Source: the human T2T-CHM13v2.0 reference genome, Homo sapiens. Taken from it: DNA of 64,000 bases. The position numbers were made by a program, and so were the translations under genes. Positions 25,928 to 38,710 of this stretch are shown here, piece after piece (within the stretch, counting starts at the first letter, position 1; every line of letters begins with the position of its first letter). Location: the NCBI RefSeq assembly GCF_009914755.1, contig NC_060928.1. One strand, 5' to 3'. The notes below the pieces were generated by a model. The model was not told where the DNA came from. It did not search any database and saw only the letters and a program-made list of their open reading frames with translations.

Positions 25928-28900
25928 TACAGGGAGAAGTGGGTACTGCAAGAAGCCAGTCATAAAATGTGGAACATGCTGAGTCGAGCAGCATAATGAA
26001 GGGTGCTGAGAACTCAATTCTTCCTAGCTAGATCTTAGTTTATATCACAGCCAAGAATTAGAATTTCGAGTTTATCTTTCTCTTTCTTTATGCTATCTGG
26101 CATTGTTTGAAGTATGTGTGTCTTACTGTCAACTTGGTTCACATTCTACTACCTGTAAGTTTATTCCTGAGAGATTCACTTTCAGTAGAAAGATAAAGCC
26201 AAATTTCTAGATGTATAGAACTAAGGATAAAACCTCAAAAGGTAGTATATTTTCTAAAGTAAAAAGTATCTTAGTGGCCTGTCAGCTTTCATTAGGAATA
26301 CTTCTGTGTTGCAGGAGGTACTAAGATTTAAAAGAGTTAGTACAGAGAATGCGATACCAAGTAAATAATGATGAATGGTCTATTAGTTACAAATTATTTG
26401 ACACAGATATATTTATCAATATGTACAGGCAGTTATTTGAATTCAATATTGCTTTCAGGTTTATTGCCTTACCCTTACTGTCCAAAGTAATACTTCCCTT
26501 TCCAAATCAGATGGTAATCAAAATATAAAATGGAAAAATCTCTCAGTCTGTCAAGACTCAATTCAACTCTCAGGGTTTGTTTGTTTGTTTGTTTTGTAGT
26601 AAGTACTATCAGACCAAAGGAAAGAAAACAATTACAGACCCACAGACTTTGATAAGAGAGAAGATTACATCAGATAACTGCAAGTGAACAACAGGGTATT
26701 TCAACCATTCTAAAATATTTATTTATACACAGTAGGATTACAGATAATCTATACTAGGTTATTTCAAAATGTATTCCCTGGAATGTTTTTACCTTCCTCC
26801 TCCCAAAAAAGAACACCACGTCAAACAAAATTAGATATATATTGCATATAACATCCCCCTTGTTAGATAGTCACGATGTACATCAAAGTATTAACGGCTT
26901 TGAAAAGTTAGGCTGTAAATAAGCCAACTAATCATAATCTATCATGTTCAAATTAGACTTAAGAATTCCTTTTTAACTGTGTATTCCCAAGGAATGCACT
27001 TGGGAAATGTTTATTGGTACATTCTAATAATGCCCATGAGGGTTTTCATTCCCTAGGAATAGAAGTTAAAGTTATTTTTCACCACTGTTGCTACGCTATG
27101 AAGTAATGGTAATGACGATTTTGTTGTTGAATACTGGAGCAAAAAGTCATTAACATATATCTGAGATACTATTTTTAAGAACTGAATGTAAATTCCTGAA
27201 ATGCTTTCTATAATGGAGAACTACAAATTTCCTGTTTATACTTTAGCTGGTCCAATAACAAAAATAACATGTTATCTTGAAAATAAGTTGCATATTCATT
27301 TCTACCTCAAACATGTGGATAGGTCAAATTTAAAATATTTTTATAATAGATTATTTAGTAAAATGTATAAAATTATACACATGTGGATATTTCTGCATAA
27401 ATACCAGAAAAATGTGCTTACATAGTCATTAAAAAAAAAAACTTGTTATCTGACCCCAATGAGGATATTTAAAACAAAAACTGTTTAAAAACACAATTAC
27501 ACAAACAAAAATAAGCCTATATTAAAGTTAAACCATGTTCACTACCAATTTTTCAGATCCTAAATTTAAAAATAACTACGTCAAGAAAGTGTTTTAATAT
27601 ACATTGGAGCACAAGTAATATAGTTTACTGGTTGTTAAATAAAATTACTTCATTATACTACTGCTAGTGGAATAAAATTGACACACACAACTTGTACATG
27701 CAGGGAAAATACAACTTAATGTAAACAGATGGTTTTCAGCACATTCCTTTACTAGAATGTGGCCACCTGCCACAAAGTACACAAGCTCATGCACAAGATC
27801 AAGACGTTACATACAGCTGAGATCACAATGTCATGCATAGTACAACAGCGTGCCAGATTATCGTACCACAAACTGTGCAGATGTTCTCCCCCACCCCATG
27901 AGCCACTGCCAGCAGCTGCTGTGGAGCTTGGTTACCCATATCCGTGACATGAACGGTGTCCTTTGGAGAATCTTGTTCCCTGTGGCTGTAAGTATTCTTA
28001 TTTTTATAATATTTTAATGATGTTTGCTATCAAAATGTTAAGTACAATACTGGAAATTATGAAAAAGTAGACTTTTTACAATACTAAGCAATTATATACA
28101 TCTTATCTCAGGTACTTGCAAAAAGCATCACATATTTAAACGTATCATCAAAACTAATTTACTGCTCAGAGTTAAATGAACCTAAAATAATATATCTGAT
28201 GACAGTGCTCCAGTGAGTGGGGAAAAAGAAAACAAAATACAGTCTCCAAAAAGTACTGCCTAATTTTGAGCACTCAAAAAACTTGGCAAGAGTCATTCTA
28301 AAGTCTGGCTAAAGTATGACTCATACAGATAAGTGCTATATAAGAACATTTATTAGGATGGATCTTTCACTTACATGATTTCAATTTTGAATACTTGACT
28401 TGGTAAACAATTAGCCAAGTTAACATTATTTATGTTAGTCAATGAAAGAAAGTACAGAATATAGTCACTGAACTACTTCCCCTCATTTCTCTGACCTTAT
28501 TAAGTGTATTGCAATGTCCTTTTTTTCCTATATATTTCCTAAGTGCATTCTGGTAAAGATAGCATTTTCTTTTGCTATTAGGTAACATCTGCTAAATTAC
28601 ATGTTCATAAAAGCATAGAATCAGAATTTTGGAACCTCAAGACACATTGAGTGGCTCAGCTCTATGCCTCCTGGGAGTACTACATGGCCCTTTTAGAATG
28701 ATAAATTCAGTGCCTCTGGAATGTTCCAGAGTATCTTTAAATCAGGCCAGGGAGTAAAAAAAAAAGAAAATACAGCCAACTCTCAATAACAATGGAAGGT
28801 AGGATAGATAAGTAAAATCTGAAGATCTAAAAATCTTATTTTAATTAATAACTTAAATCCCCTCCCTTAACAAACATTTGACTTATAATTTTAAAAAATT

Positions 28901-29500
28901 ATGTCAGATATAAAAACAACTTGAATTTGAGCTCTTTTCTCTGCCCCCTCTCCAAACACCCTAGAGGAGGTACTAACAAGAACTGTATAGTTTGATATTG
29001 GTAGCTGCAAGGATGAAAACCTATTTATATGTCTAGCTTTTCCAAATTAGATATTTAAACCTATACATATAACATTTTAGCATATGAGGACCCATGTGTA
29101 TTTTCATCTTTGTGTAAAAATGATTGCTTTATAATTTGTTTAAAAATTGGCATTCCTTTAGCAAGGAAAGACTACTTACCATAATCAATATCAGCAATTA
29201 CATCCAACTTTTCTGACTCTGTAACAATCTACAACTTAGTACTTACCAGGTTACATTTCTCTTATAATGTAACATTTGAAAGTGATATGAATTGAAGATG
29301 ACAGTTTTACTCAACATCAGAATAATTCATGACAGGAGCCAGCATGCCTTGATTAAATGGGCATAATAAGACTGGGGCTTAAAACAGCTGCCTCTCCTGA
29401 TTCTTATGTACTGTACAGTACAGCACTGTACCATTCTGCCTCAGTTTTACTCCAGCAATCATCATTCAATTACCTCAACAGACTGATGCAAAATATATAT

Positions 29501-29867
29501 CTTTATTGTGACTATTATTAAGATCATTGAGACAGGGTCTCACTCTCACAGCTTATTGCACTCTTGACCTCTGGGGCTACATATCTTTATTATGATTATG
29601 ATTATTATCATTGAGACAGAGTCTCACTCTCACAACTTACTGCGCCCTTGACCTCTGGGGCTCAAGTGGTCCTCCTACCTCAGCCTCCGGAGTAGCTGGG
29701 ACCACAAGAATGCACCACAATGCCTAGCTAATTTTTTAAAAATTTTTTGTGGAGACAGGACCTCCCTATGTTGTCCAGGCTGGTCTCAAACTCTTGGGCT
29801 CAAGTGGTCCGCCTGCCTCAGACTCCTGGAGTGCTGGGATTACAGACATGAGCCACTATGCCTGGCC
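29501..29867 (-). mobile_element. AluJ-like element with an internal deletion and a tandemly duplicated 3' end
   Basis: The deleted 3' end plus tail occurs twice; TSD-like tg(c/a)aaaatatatat. Confidence 0.88.
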
Positions 29868-31538
29868 TGAAAAATATATATTTTATTATAAAGTTCATCA
29901 TATGAACTGTTTTAATTAGCAACAAATAATGTTTAAGTCTAAATAAAGAATTAAGAATAATAAAGTCTCTATAACTGTGCCATCATTTGAATATGTAAGT
30001 GCAGCAGAATCTCTTGTAAGAGCAGGTATGCCACAGTGCAGGATAAAAAAAGTGACGTTCTTATGTTGCCATATGTTTACATGGACAGTAACTGGGATTT
30101 GACCAAAAACAAGGTGAAAACAAGTATATTTTATAATAAAAGGCATGAGAAAAAATGTGCAATAAAGGCACAATAACAACATTTAAATTTATGATAAATA
30201 GTTTATCCATTTATTTGCCTTTCTGAAGAATGATCATTTGATTCTAAAAAGCAATATTATATTGGTAAATGTGTAATTTGAACTTCGTATAAATCATTCT
30301 AATTTCATTAAGGTATCAGTTTGCTATTCATTGACAGTAATACCTCTTTAAATAGTGATGAAAGAAAAGAAATATCTGAATTTAAATATTATACCTGGCT
30401 TTACAATATATATACTTTGTTATATTTCTGGAGATATGACTTAACTGGTAAGAAGTGTATCAGTAAACCTTTGCAATGGCATTTTATTTTATTTTAAATT
30501 TATGTACCATAAAAATTTAACAAAAAATAAACCATACATAAGTAAAAATCAATTGATTAGAAAAAGATATTATTGGTATTTTTATATGCATACGTATAAA
30601 ATTGGTATTTTTGTTTAAGACTCAAATATTTTACATAGGAGAAACATTTCCCTAATTATAACAAAGTTAAGATAACTTTAGAAAATACTTGGCTGTATGA
30701 TTTGAACTGTCATTAATACCTCGACAACAAATGAAAAAAAGTTGTTTTTGAAAATTAGGTAAATTAAAATAATGCTGCAGATTAAATTTTTCCACAAAAA
30801 ATAATGCACCCAAAAGTAGTAGTTCTGAGTGCTGTATAATTTTCACTTAGATTTCTAAGAATAAATCTGTAAGTATTTAAACATTTCTGAAAATCTGAAC
30901 TTTTCCATGACATAGTAAAATAAGAATAGAGAAAAAAAAAATCAGTGAAAAAGTTGTTTTCACATTTTGATCATGCTTACATGTTATGTTAAGAAAGAAT
31001 TAAATAATTAATACAAAATTATTCAATTTTATAACAATCTATAAATAGTTCCTATGTCAACATGGAATTATATTGTTAAAGGCATTATTTGAAGACAACG
31101 TTTTGATTTGTCAGAAAATAGAACAATGTCCTCAATGATTATCTTTGATAAAAGTAACATCACTACTAAGGAAAAACAATAAACAGAAAAAAACTGCTGC
31201 AGATAAAATCTGATGAACACACTCTGTGTTCTTATTATCAAATTTTTGTGCTCTCTACTTATAATGTACTAATATTGTAATCAGGTCAGTAGAGGACTGA
31301 ATATATATCATGGATGCTGCTACATAAAGTGAACAGGTAGAAAGGTTAGAACGTGACATGGTAAGGCGAAGAAAAATGACTATGTCACATAGCAATAGTT
31401 TAAAATATTGGTTTTCTCAGTGATCAAAAAAGCATGTTCAATGACTTTTTGTTTTCCCTGCTAGTTTATGATATTGGAAAGCTGCAGCAAGATAGTAATA
31501 AAGGTCACTGGATACAAATATTCAAGTTCTTCACTAAC

Positions 31539-31665
31539 CTCATCTGGGTTGGCATTAAAGGTGAGGCTGCCTTCATCCAGCTGCATATACAATTTTCTAA
31601 AAGAAAATCCTAAAGGTGGGTTCTTATTGTATATGGAACAGTGACCCCAAGTGGATTTGCACAAC
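31539..31665 (-). CDS. FBXO8: FBXO8 exon 3 (127 nt)
   Basis: Acceptor ttttatag, donor GTTAGT. Continues the frame: LCKSTWGHCSIYNKNPPLGFSFRKLYMQLDEGSLTFNANPDE. Confidence 0.97.
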
Positions 31666-31949
31666 CTATAAAATCAGAGAAAATGAGACAAGAAAACATT
31701 ACTACATTTAATTTCCTAAGTTAAATATGCATATACATGCAAAAATAGTAACATGAAATAAGATTGAATTTTATAGTTCTAAAGTTTAAAATTTTTAAGT
31801 TTGTACTTGTTTTCTATTTGTTTACTAGAGTATGACAGATGCTTTAAATTTAGCAATTTTGACAGCATCTAATAAATGTGAGTTATAGAGATTAATAATA
31901 TTCATGAGTACTATCTGAAGTTAAACATAAACTATTCCTAATAATAGTA

Positions 31950-32150
31950 ATAATAGCTAACATTTACTGAATACTTACTAGATGTCAGACCCTATTTCAA
32001 GTATTTTAATTGGATTAGCCTGCCTAATCTTCACAACAATCCTATGACGTTGGTGATACAGATAAGAAACACAGACAAAACAGTTGCCCAAGATCATATG
32101 GCTAATATGTACAGATGCAGGATTTCAACCCAATGAGTAATCCACAGCTT
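31950..32150 (-). mobile_element. MIR
   Basis: aatagctaacatttactgaatacttacta...taatcttcacaacaatcctatga...ttgcccaagatcata. Confidence 0.75.
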
Positions 32151-34603
32151 GCAATTATTAACCAAGAATCTAAATAGGGTTTATTAACTAACCTATGTGC
32201 TCTATTGTGAAATAAAACTAAATGGGAGGAAAAGAATGCTGGGCAGGGAAACAGCTTTTGTTTTTCAAATAATACACGTTACAACAGACAAATTAAATAC
32301 AGAAATTGTTTGTAATGCCACAACTTGAATACATTCATCAAGCTGTGATGTTCAACATAGCTGTTTTTAAGATACTGCTTCAAAAACACTAGTTCTTTAT
32401 TATCAGAGTGATACATGATTGTTTAGAAATTCTATAAAACCGAAAATACTAACAGTTCATATCTCAAAACACACTGCAGATTGGGATACTTTCTAACTCT
32501 TCACAGAGGCAATAGCTACTGGTTATTTGAAAGTTAATGTTTTATCTTATTATAATGCCTGGAAATTCTGGATATCCACCAAAAAGCCTTAAATATAAAT
32601 GCATTATTCTAGAGAAACAGAGAATACTGAAATTATATTCTGATACAATTGTGATGAGTCTTTGTCTCAAAATTATCTGATTTGTTGTGTATTCAAAAAC
32701 ACCTGCTACTTGTTGAGACAAATGAAACTGTTTACTTTCTTATATTCATTATTAATTTCTGCCTCAGATTTCCTTCTTTTAATAAACACACAAAGTGCAG
32801 AGCAACAAGAAAAAGTTACTGTCTGAGCATATAACATCAAAAATTGTGAGGACAAGGGGGTAAAATATCTAATTTAACATGAGACTACCCTCTTAGTAGT
32901 TGATTTATACTGCTGCATTATTTTTACCCACCAAATGAAATCACTGACTCAAAACTGTAAGTATAAAAAATTGTTTAGAATATTATCAATATTTTTTCAG
33001 TCTTATTAATCTAGTCCCAATAAAACCCAAAACTAGAGTTTTATTACTAAGCTTTGTGAAAACCAGAGAACTTCCCAACATCAATGAGTATTCAATACAT
33101 CCAAAGTTGAAATTAAAACTAAGCCAGCCTTTAATTTCAAATAGAAGCAATTTATTATTAAGGAAAAAATCCAAGTATTATAAAAATAGGCATAATTATG
33201 GCAAATATTTCTTTCACAAATGAAAAATTCAGATTTAAACCCCAAATGAAGAATACATTCTGGTTGACTTCAGGTAAGGCTAGAAATTAAACTTTTAAAA
33301 AAAGTTCAAACAAACAGAAATTAAGTTAGTAAGGAATACTAAAATGTAGAAAAGAGATTAGAAAGAATGAGCCAGTTTAAAAGTACTTTCATTTCCTCTT
33401 CTATTCATGAGTAAAAAATTAATAACATTTATTTTAAAGACTCCTCATTAACAGAATTTCCTCTCACGTAGTACTTTCACTATGTCAAACAAATGAGTAA
33501 AAGAATAACAAGATATGATATTGATGATTTTTATCTATTTAGAGGTTGAGAAATGACCTATATAACTTGTACTAGAACTGTGTGACATCAGAAAGCCTAA
33601 TTTAGGAATGTCATTACTGAAAATATATTTTGACTAAAGTTTGTAATTTATTAAGTCTCTCAATTAGATTTCTAGTTTGAAATTATAGGAAGTCTTAAAA
33701 AGATATTTGTTTTTAGTTATAGTCTATATTTTTATAAAGACCTATTTCAAGATAATAAGACAAATAAACTTTGGTAAAGGATGCTAGAAGGTCTGAGATC
33801 CAATGATTCCATGTTTGGTAATATTTTTAGGCCAAAAAATCATGTACCTATACTTTTTGTTAAAGTATATGATGCTATTTAAGGAGTAACTTAGGTTCAA
33901 TAAAACAGATTCTATTCCAGCAAATGTTCTTAGATTTGTGGTTTTAATTCAGACTAGTACAATGTGGAAATTTATGTAATCTAAGTTCAGCAAGTAAATA
34001 AAAACAACTATTTGTCCCCTTGCTTTCTAATATTTGCCTACTTCATTGAAATGCTGGTTAGAAAAAAAAAGTAGATAAAATTTTCACCAGTTAAATTTTA
34101 TTCTAACAAGCACCTTTGAAGAAATATAGAATTGAGTAAAAATGTAAGGCTCTATATGAAGAAAATTAAAAACAGTAACATCTGAGGACTATTCATTGAT
34201 TTCGAAGTCTGCCTATTATTCAGATGGCAGGTATCCTATGGGAAGCACAAACTACACAGCATGTGAACACTCCAACTTTTAAATTAGAAATTCTCACTCC
34301 ACAACTTTGCGGTATTTTCAGAATAAAGTGAGAGTTTCTGACTTATAATCAACTGACAGAGCCTGATTGGTAATCTCTCTTCTAACTGTAAAGTTATTAT
34401 TCTATTTTCTATTGTCCTCCTTTTCACAAGATCAAATTTGACTGTGATGCTAACTGTATATTTTTCCAGGTTTTAATAAAGAGCATCTCAAAGTACAAGC
34501 CCAAGTTTAAAGAAAATATTTTGTAATATACATTATAAAAAGAACATTGAAGCATGATTATGTTTAGAGATACCTGAATTCAACTTTGGTGGGTTTAACT
34601 TAC

Positions 34604-34932
34604 CCTTGCCAGAGAAGTTCATCATTCGCAAGGTCCTGCCAAACACATGAAGCCAAGCAAAGGTCAGTTGCATTCAGGTAGGACAAGATGGTAAAGCTTA
34701 GCTCAGGAGGCAACATTTCCAAATTAATGAATCCTTCCTGTTCTTTCGATTTCCTTGCCTTCAAAAGATGATATATGTCAATGCCTCCTTGGACTTGTTT
34801 ACGATGATTGGTGTTAGAAATGTTGCTCGCAGCCATTCTCCTGCTCTGCTCTCTGGTGAGGTAGCCTTGCTCACTGTAGCCTTCTTGTTGCAGCTGCTGG
34901 TTTCTGACCACTCTCCACAACCCTTGACCCAT
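34604..34932 (-). CDS. FBXO8: FBXO8 coding exon (exon 2; exon begins at 34940), ATG to Gly110, includes the F-box
   Basis: Translates MGQGLWRVVRNQQ...INLEMLPPELSFTILSYLNATDLCLASCVWQDLANDELLWQG (F-box motif LPPEL...ILSYL...W). Acceptor tttttcccag at 34950-34941, donor GTAAGT at 34603-34598. 329 coding nt. Confidence 0.97.
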
Positions 34933-36649
34933 CTGCAAGCCTGGGAAAAAGCCAGAATGTAATAAGGGTGACATTTAAAAAGTAACCCATTTTTCCCAGT
35001 GGTATAACAAATCTGACATGAAGCATTCATTTATCAGAATTAAAACTTCTCATTAAAACCTACTAAAACCAGAAGTATATTACTAAGAATAGCTGGAAAA
35101 TTATAAGTGCAAATTTTGATAGACAAAGTTTCAGAATTACTTGGTTCGATCATCACCTTTATCCCAGTTTGCTAACTACTTCTAAAGTCCATATGTGACA
35201 TAATCATTTTTCACGTGGTAAGATTTAAAAGTTACTGATGTCCTTAATACTCTTACAAATTATAATTATGTGGACTTATGGGCCAGTATTAAATACAGCT
35301 CTGATCAGAGCACGGACTTTAGTTAAAAGGCCTCCAGACCCTGCTTTTTATCACAATTCAGTCTAAGCTAAGCTAGCTCCTTTTAACCAAACTCCCAGAT
35401 GCGTAACAGCTGGGAAACAGGCTTTTAGTTTAATTCTTGCCAGTCTACACTTACATTGTAGACTGTAATAAAATGTAACATAGGCCCTGAAGTCTAATTC
35501 AGAAACCTTGTAAATTAGACACCTAGAACTCCATGATAAATAGCTCGGTAACAGTAGACTATTTAGTTTTGTTGTTGCCTTAAATTAAAAATTGTAATTT
35601 AGAGAAATTTTCTAATTCTTCTCCACAAATCCCTATGGATTCTTCAGAAGTACCTGGGAAAAGACACCAGAAGAAAGGTGTGCTCTAGTCTCCCCACTAC
35701 CATCTGACCTCCCACCAGAGCATTCTACATTTGTCTGTCACATATATTGACTTCCTCATGTACAAATGTATTAGAAAATTCCTAGAGCTAGATTTGGCAT
35801 TGCCTTTAAATAGCTTTTCTGGAGCAAATAAAGTCATTCAGAACAACTAAATCGGAGTTCCTAATGAATACAAATAATTACTTTCATGATCTCTTTTTCA
35901 AACAAAATACTTTTATCAACTCGAGTTGACTACTAATACCTGTGTGTTTCAAAAACTTGGAAAAAATACTAACTTTCCCATAAAATCATTAAAATAGTCA
36001 AATAATTTTTATAGCATGACCCGAACTTAAAATATAATGTGGCTTCAATTAACTGTTTACAATAAGTACTAACAAAAACAAAAGCAAAAACCCCAAAAGA
36101 CAAAAAACAAACCAACAACAGTGACTAGATATCTTTTAATCAGAAATAATTTGAAAATTGAGTGGAACTTCAAAGAATGTCAAAGATTGTTGTTGATTAA
36201 AACAGAAAAAATAGTGGGCAGACTAGAGCATGCCTTCTTCTGGTGTCTTTTCCCAGGTACTTCTGAAGAATCCATAGGGATTTTATTTTAGTATTTAAAA
36301 AGGTATAATCCACGCATTTATTTACTAAACCATTGGCTATTATTTGGGTAATGGCCACTAAATTCGGTCATTTGTTGATTAAAACAGAAAAAATAGTCCA
36401 GGATAATTTTTAACTCTTCCCCCACCTTATATTGCACTGCTTGGAATCCCAGCAGCTTAAGCTATACAGGTATGGTGGGGAGGTACAAAGAGAAGAAACA
36501 TATTAATAATTTTAAAATGTAGGCACATTTGTTTTTGAAAAGAAGGCACAAAAGATAACCCTTCTCTCCCTACTACACACGACACCATGGTATTTTTTCC
36601 TAAATCAGTGGTTAAGCTATACAAATAAAATTCTTAAAAAAAAAAAAAC

Positions 36650-37525
36650 AGAATATCGGGAAAATAAAAAGACAAGCCACGGACCAGGAGAAAATCTTTG
36701 CAAAACACATATATGATAAAAAGACTGTGCATCCAAAATATGTGAAGAACTCTTAAACCTCAGCAGTAAGAAAATAATCCACTTTAAAAATGAGCAAAAG
36801 ATCTGAATAGACGCCTCACCAAAGAAAATACACAAATGGCAAATAAGCACATGAAAAGATGCTCAACATCATATGTCGTGAGGGAACTGAAAATAACATA
36901 ACTATGAGATACTACTACACACCCATTAAAAGAGTATATCCGAAACAGTGACAATACCAAATGCTGGCAAGAATGTAGGAATGCAAAATGATACAACCAC
37001 TTTGGAAGACAGGTAGTTTCTTTAAAAATTAAACATACTTTGTATGATTCAGCATTAGCTGAATCATTTACCTAAATAAAAGCTTTTTATTTAGGTATTT
37101 ACCTAATTAAAAGCTTTTTATTTAGGTATTTACCTAATTAAAAGCTTTTTATTTAGGTATTTACCTAATTAAAAGCTTTTTATTTAGGTATTTACCTAAT
37201 TAAAAGCTTATGTCCACACAAAAACCTACACGTGAATGTTTAAAGCAGTTTTGGTAATTAATTTTCAAATCCTGTAAGCAACTACGATGTACTTCATTAT
37301 GCGAATGTATAAATAAGCTGTGGTACAGTATATCTATACAATGGGAAATTATTTAGCACTAAAAAGAAATGAGCTATCAAGCAATGAAAAGACATGGAGG
37401 AACTTTAAGTGCCTATTATTAATGTTAAGTAAAAGAAGCAAATCTAAAAAAGTTCTTTACTGTATGATTCTAATTATAAGACATTCTGGAAAAGGCAAAA
37501 CTATGGAGACAGTAGAAATGATCAA
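36650..37525 (+). mobile_element. L1M (MB/MC-type) ORF2 end and 3' UTR fragment
   Basis: aaatggcaaataagcacatgaaaagatgctcaacatca, tatgtccacacaaaaacct, gacattctggaaaaggcaaaactatggagacag. Confidence 0.88.
37067..37209. repeat. 31-bp palindromic minisatellite, about 4.6 copies
   Basis: Unit tttacctaattaaaagctttttatttaggta starts at 37067, 37098, 37129, 37160 and 37191 (partial). Confidence 0.97.
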
Positions 37526-38469
37526 CGTACAAAAAATAGAGAATGTCAACAAAAAATTATAAGTACAAGTTTTATATTTGTTTAAATGTACCATGTCACA
37601 TTACAACATTAAGTACAACTTAATTTTGACACAAATTGAACATTTTAAGTCTACTAATCATAAAGAAAAGTATTTTATTTTCACCATTGCTATTCCTCTA
37701 TTTAACTTAGCAAGAAAATATCTAGAAATCACATTAATTGCTGAGCTCACCTAGCACAGCTGTTATTTTAAATAATTAAATTTATTCTCTTTTGTTTTTG
37801 TACCACTAAAGGTAAATTATCAAACATGGTAACTGCAGTATCTGAAGTCTCAATATTTAAAACATTTATAACAATTTCAGTCTATTTTCCTACAGAATCT
37901 TTCTAGTGGCATATGGTTAAGCAGCTGTTGCTACTCTTAGGCCTGTTGCTAGGGAACAAAGAATCAGGGTGATTTCCCTAGGCTCCGGACTTTAATGGGG
38001 ATCACTTAAATTGAACACACTGGATAATATGATTCAGAAAGCATCCGGCAGGTAGAAAGAGGTAAAGCCAGCAGCTGGTTCTTTAAAAAATAATAATAAT
38101 AATAATGGGGAGGTTGGAGGGTTGAGGCTCATGTATACATAGTTCAGACAAAGAAAACTGCAAAATTATACCTTATTTTCTGTATTCCTACTGCTAAACA
38201 ATACTGAAAATTGTCCCCTTGGGACTTTCGTTTCCCTTTAAAGCAGTTCTTGATCCTGGGTAAAAACACAGTAATGATAAAGCACTCTGAGAAAGAGTAA
38301 CATCATGAGTTTAGCATTTGGAGAAAGAAAAGGGAGTCTGTAGCGTTCTGCCCCCATTCCCTATCTTCCTTAGCATAATAGGGATGTGAAACATGGGTGT
38401 AACTGTCAGAAAAGCTTTAAAACTCTCAAAATGACGTGACATCCATTGTATAAGTTGTAAAGCAAGTCA

Positions 38470-38710
38470 TGGAGGGAGTATAGTGGTATGGGTTTTGAAG
38501 TCAGACAGACCTGGGTTTAAATCCTGACTTTATTAGTTCTTACTTACAGGACCCTGGGAAAGTTACTTGACTACTCTGAGCTTTAGTTTCTTCATGTACA
38601 ATGCAAAAAATAATAATGATAAAAATGTCTATAGCTCAAAAAGCTATTGTGTTAAGTAAGATAATGTACATAAAGTTAATTTCATGGCTAACAGTTAACT
38701 AACAGTCAAT
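38470..38710 (+). mobile_element. MIR
   Basis: gtcagacagacctgggtttaaatcctgact...agttacttgactactctgagctttagtttcttcat. Confidence 0.8.

Noticed and set aside
29916-30182. 88-aa minus-strand ORF in intron 3
   Set aside because: Hydrophobic, low-information sequence typical of T-rich introns; no domain or splice support.
37067-37209. CRISPR-like appearance of the 31-bp palindromic repeats
   Set aside because: Units are head-to-tail with no unique spacers, there are no cas genes, and the context is a eukaryotic intron inside an L1.
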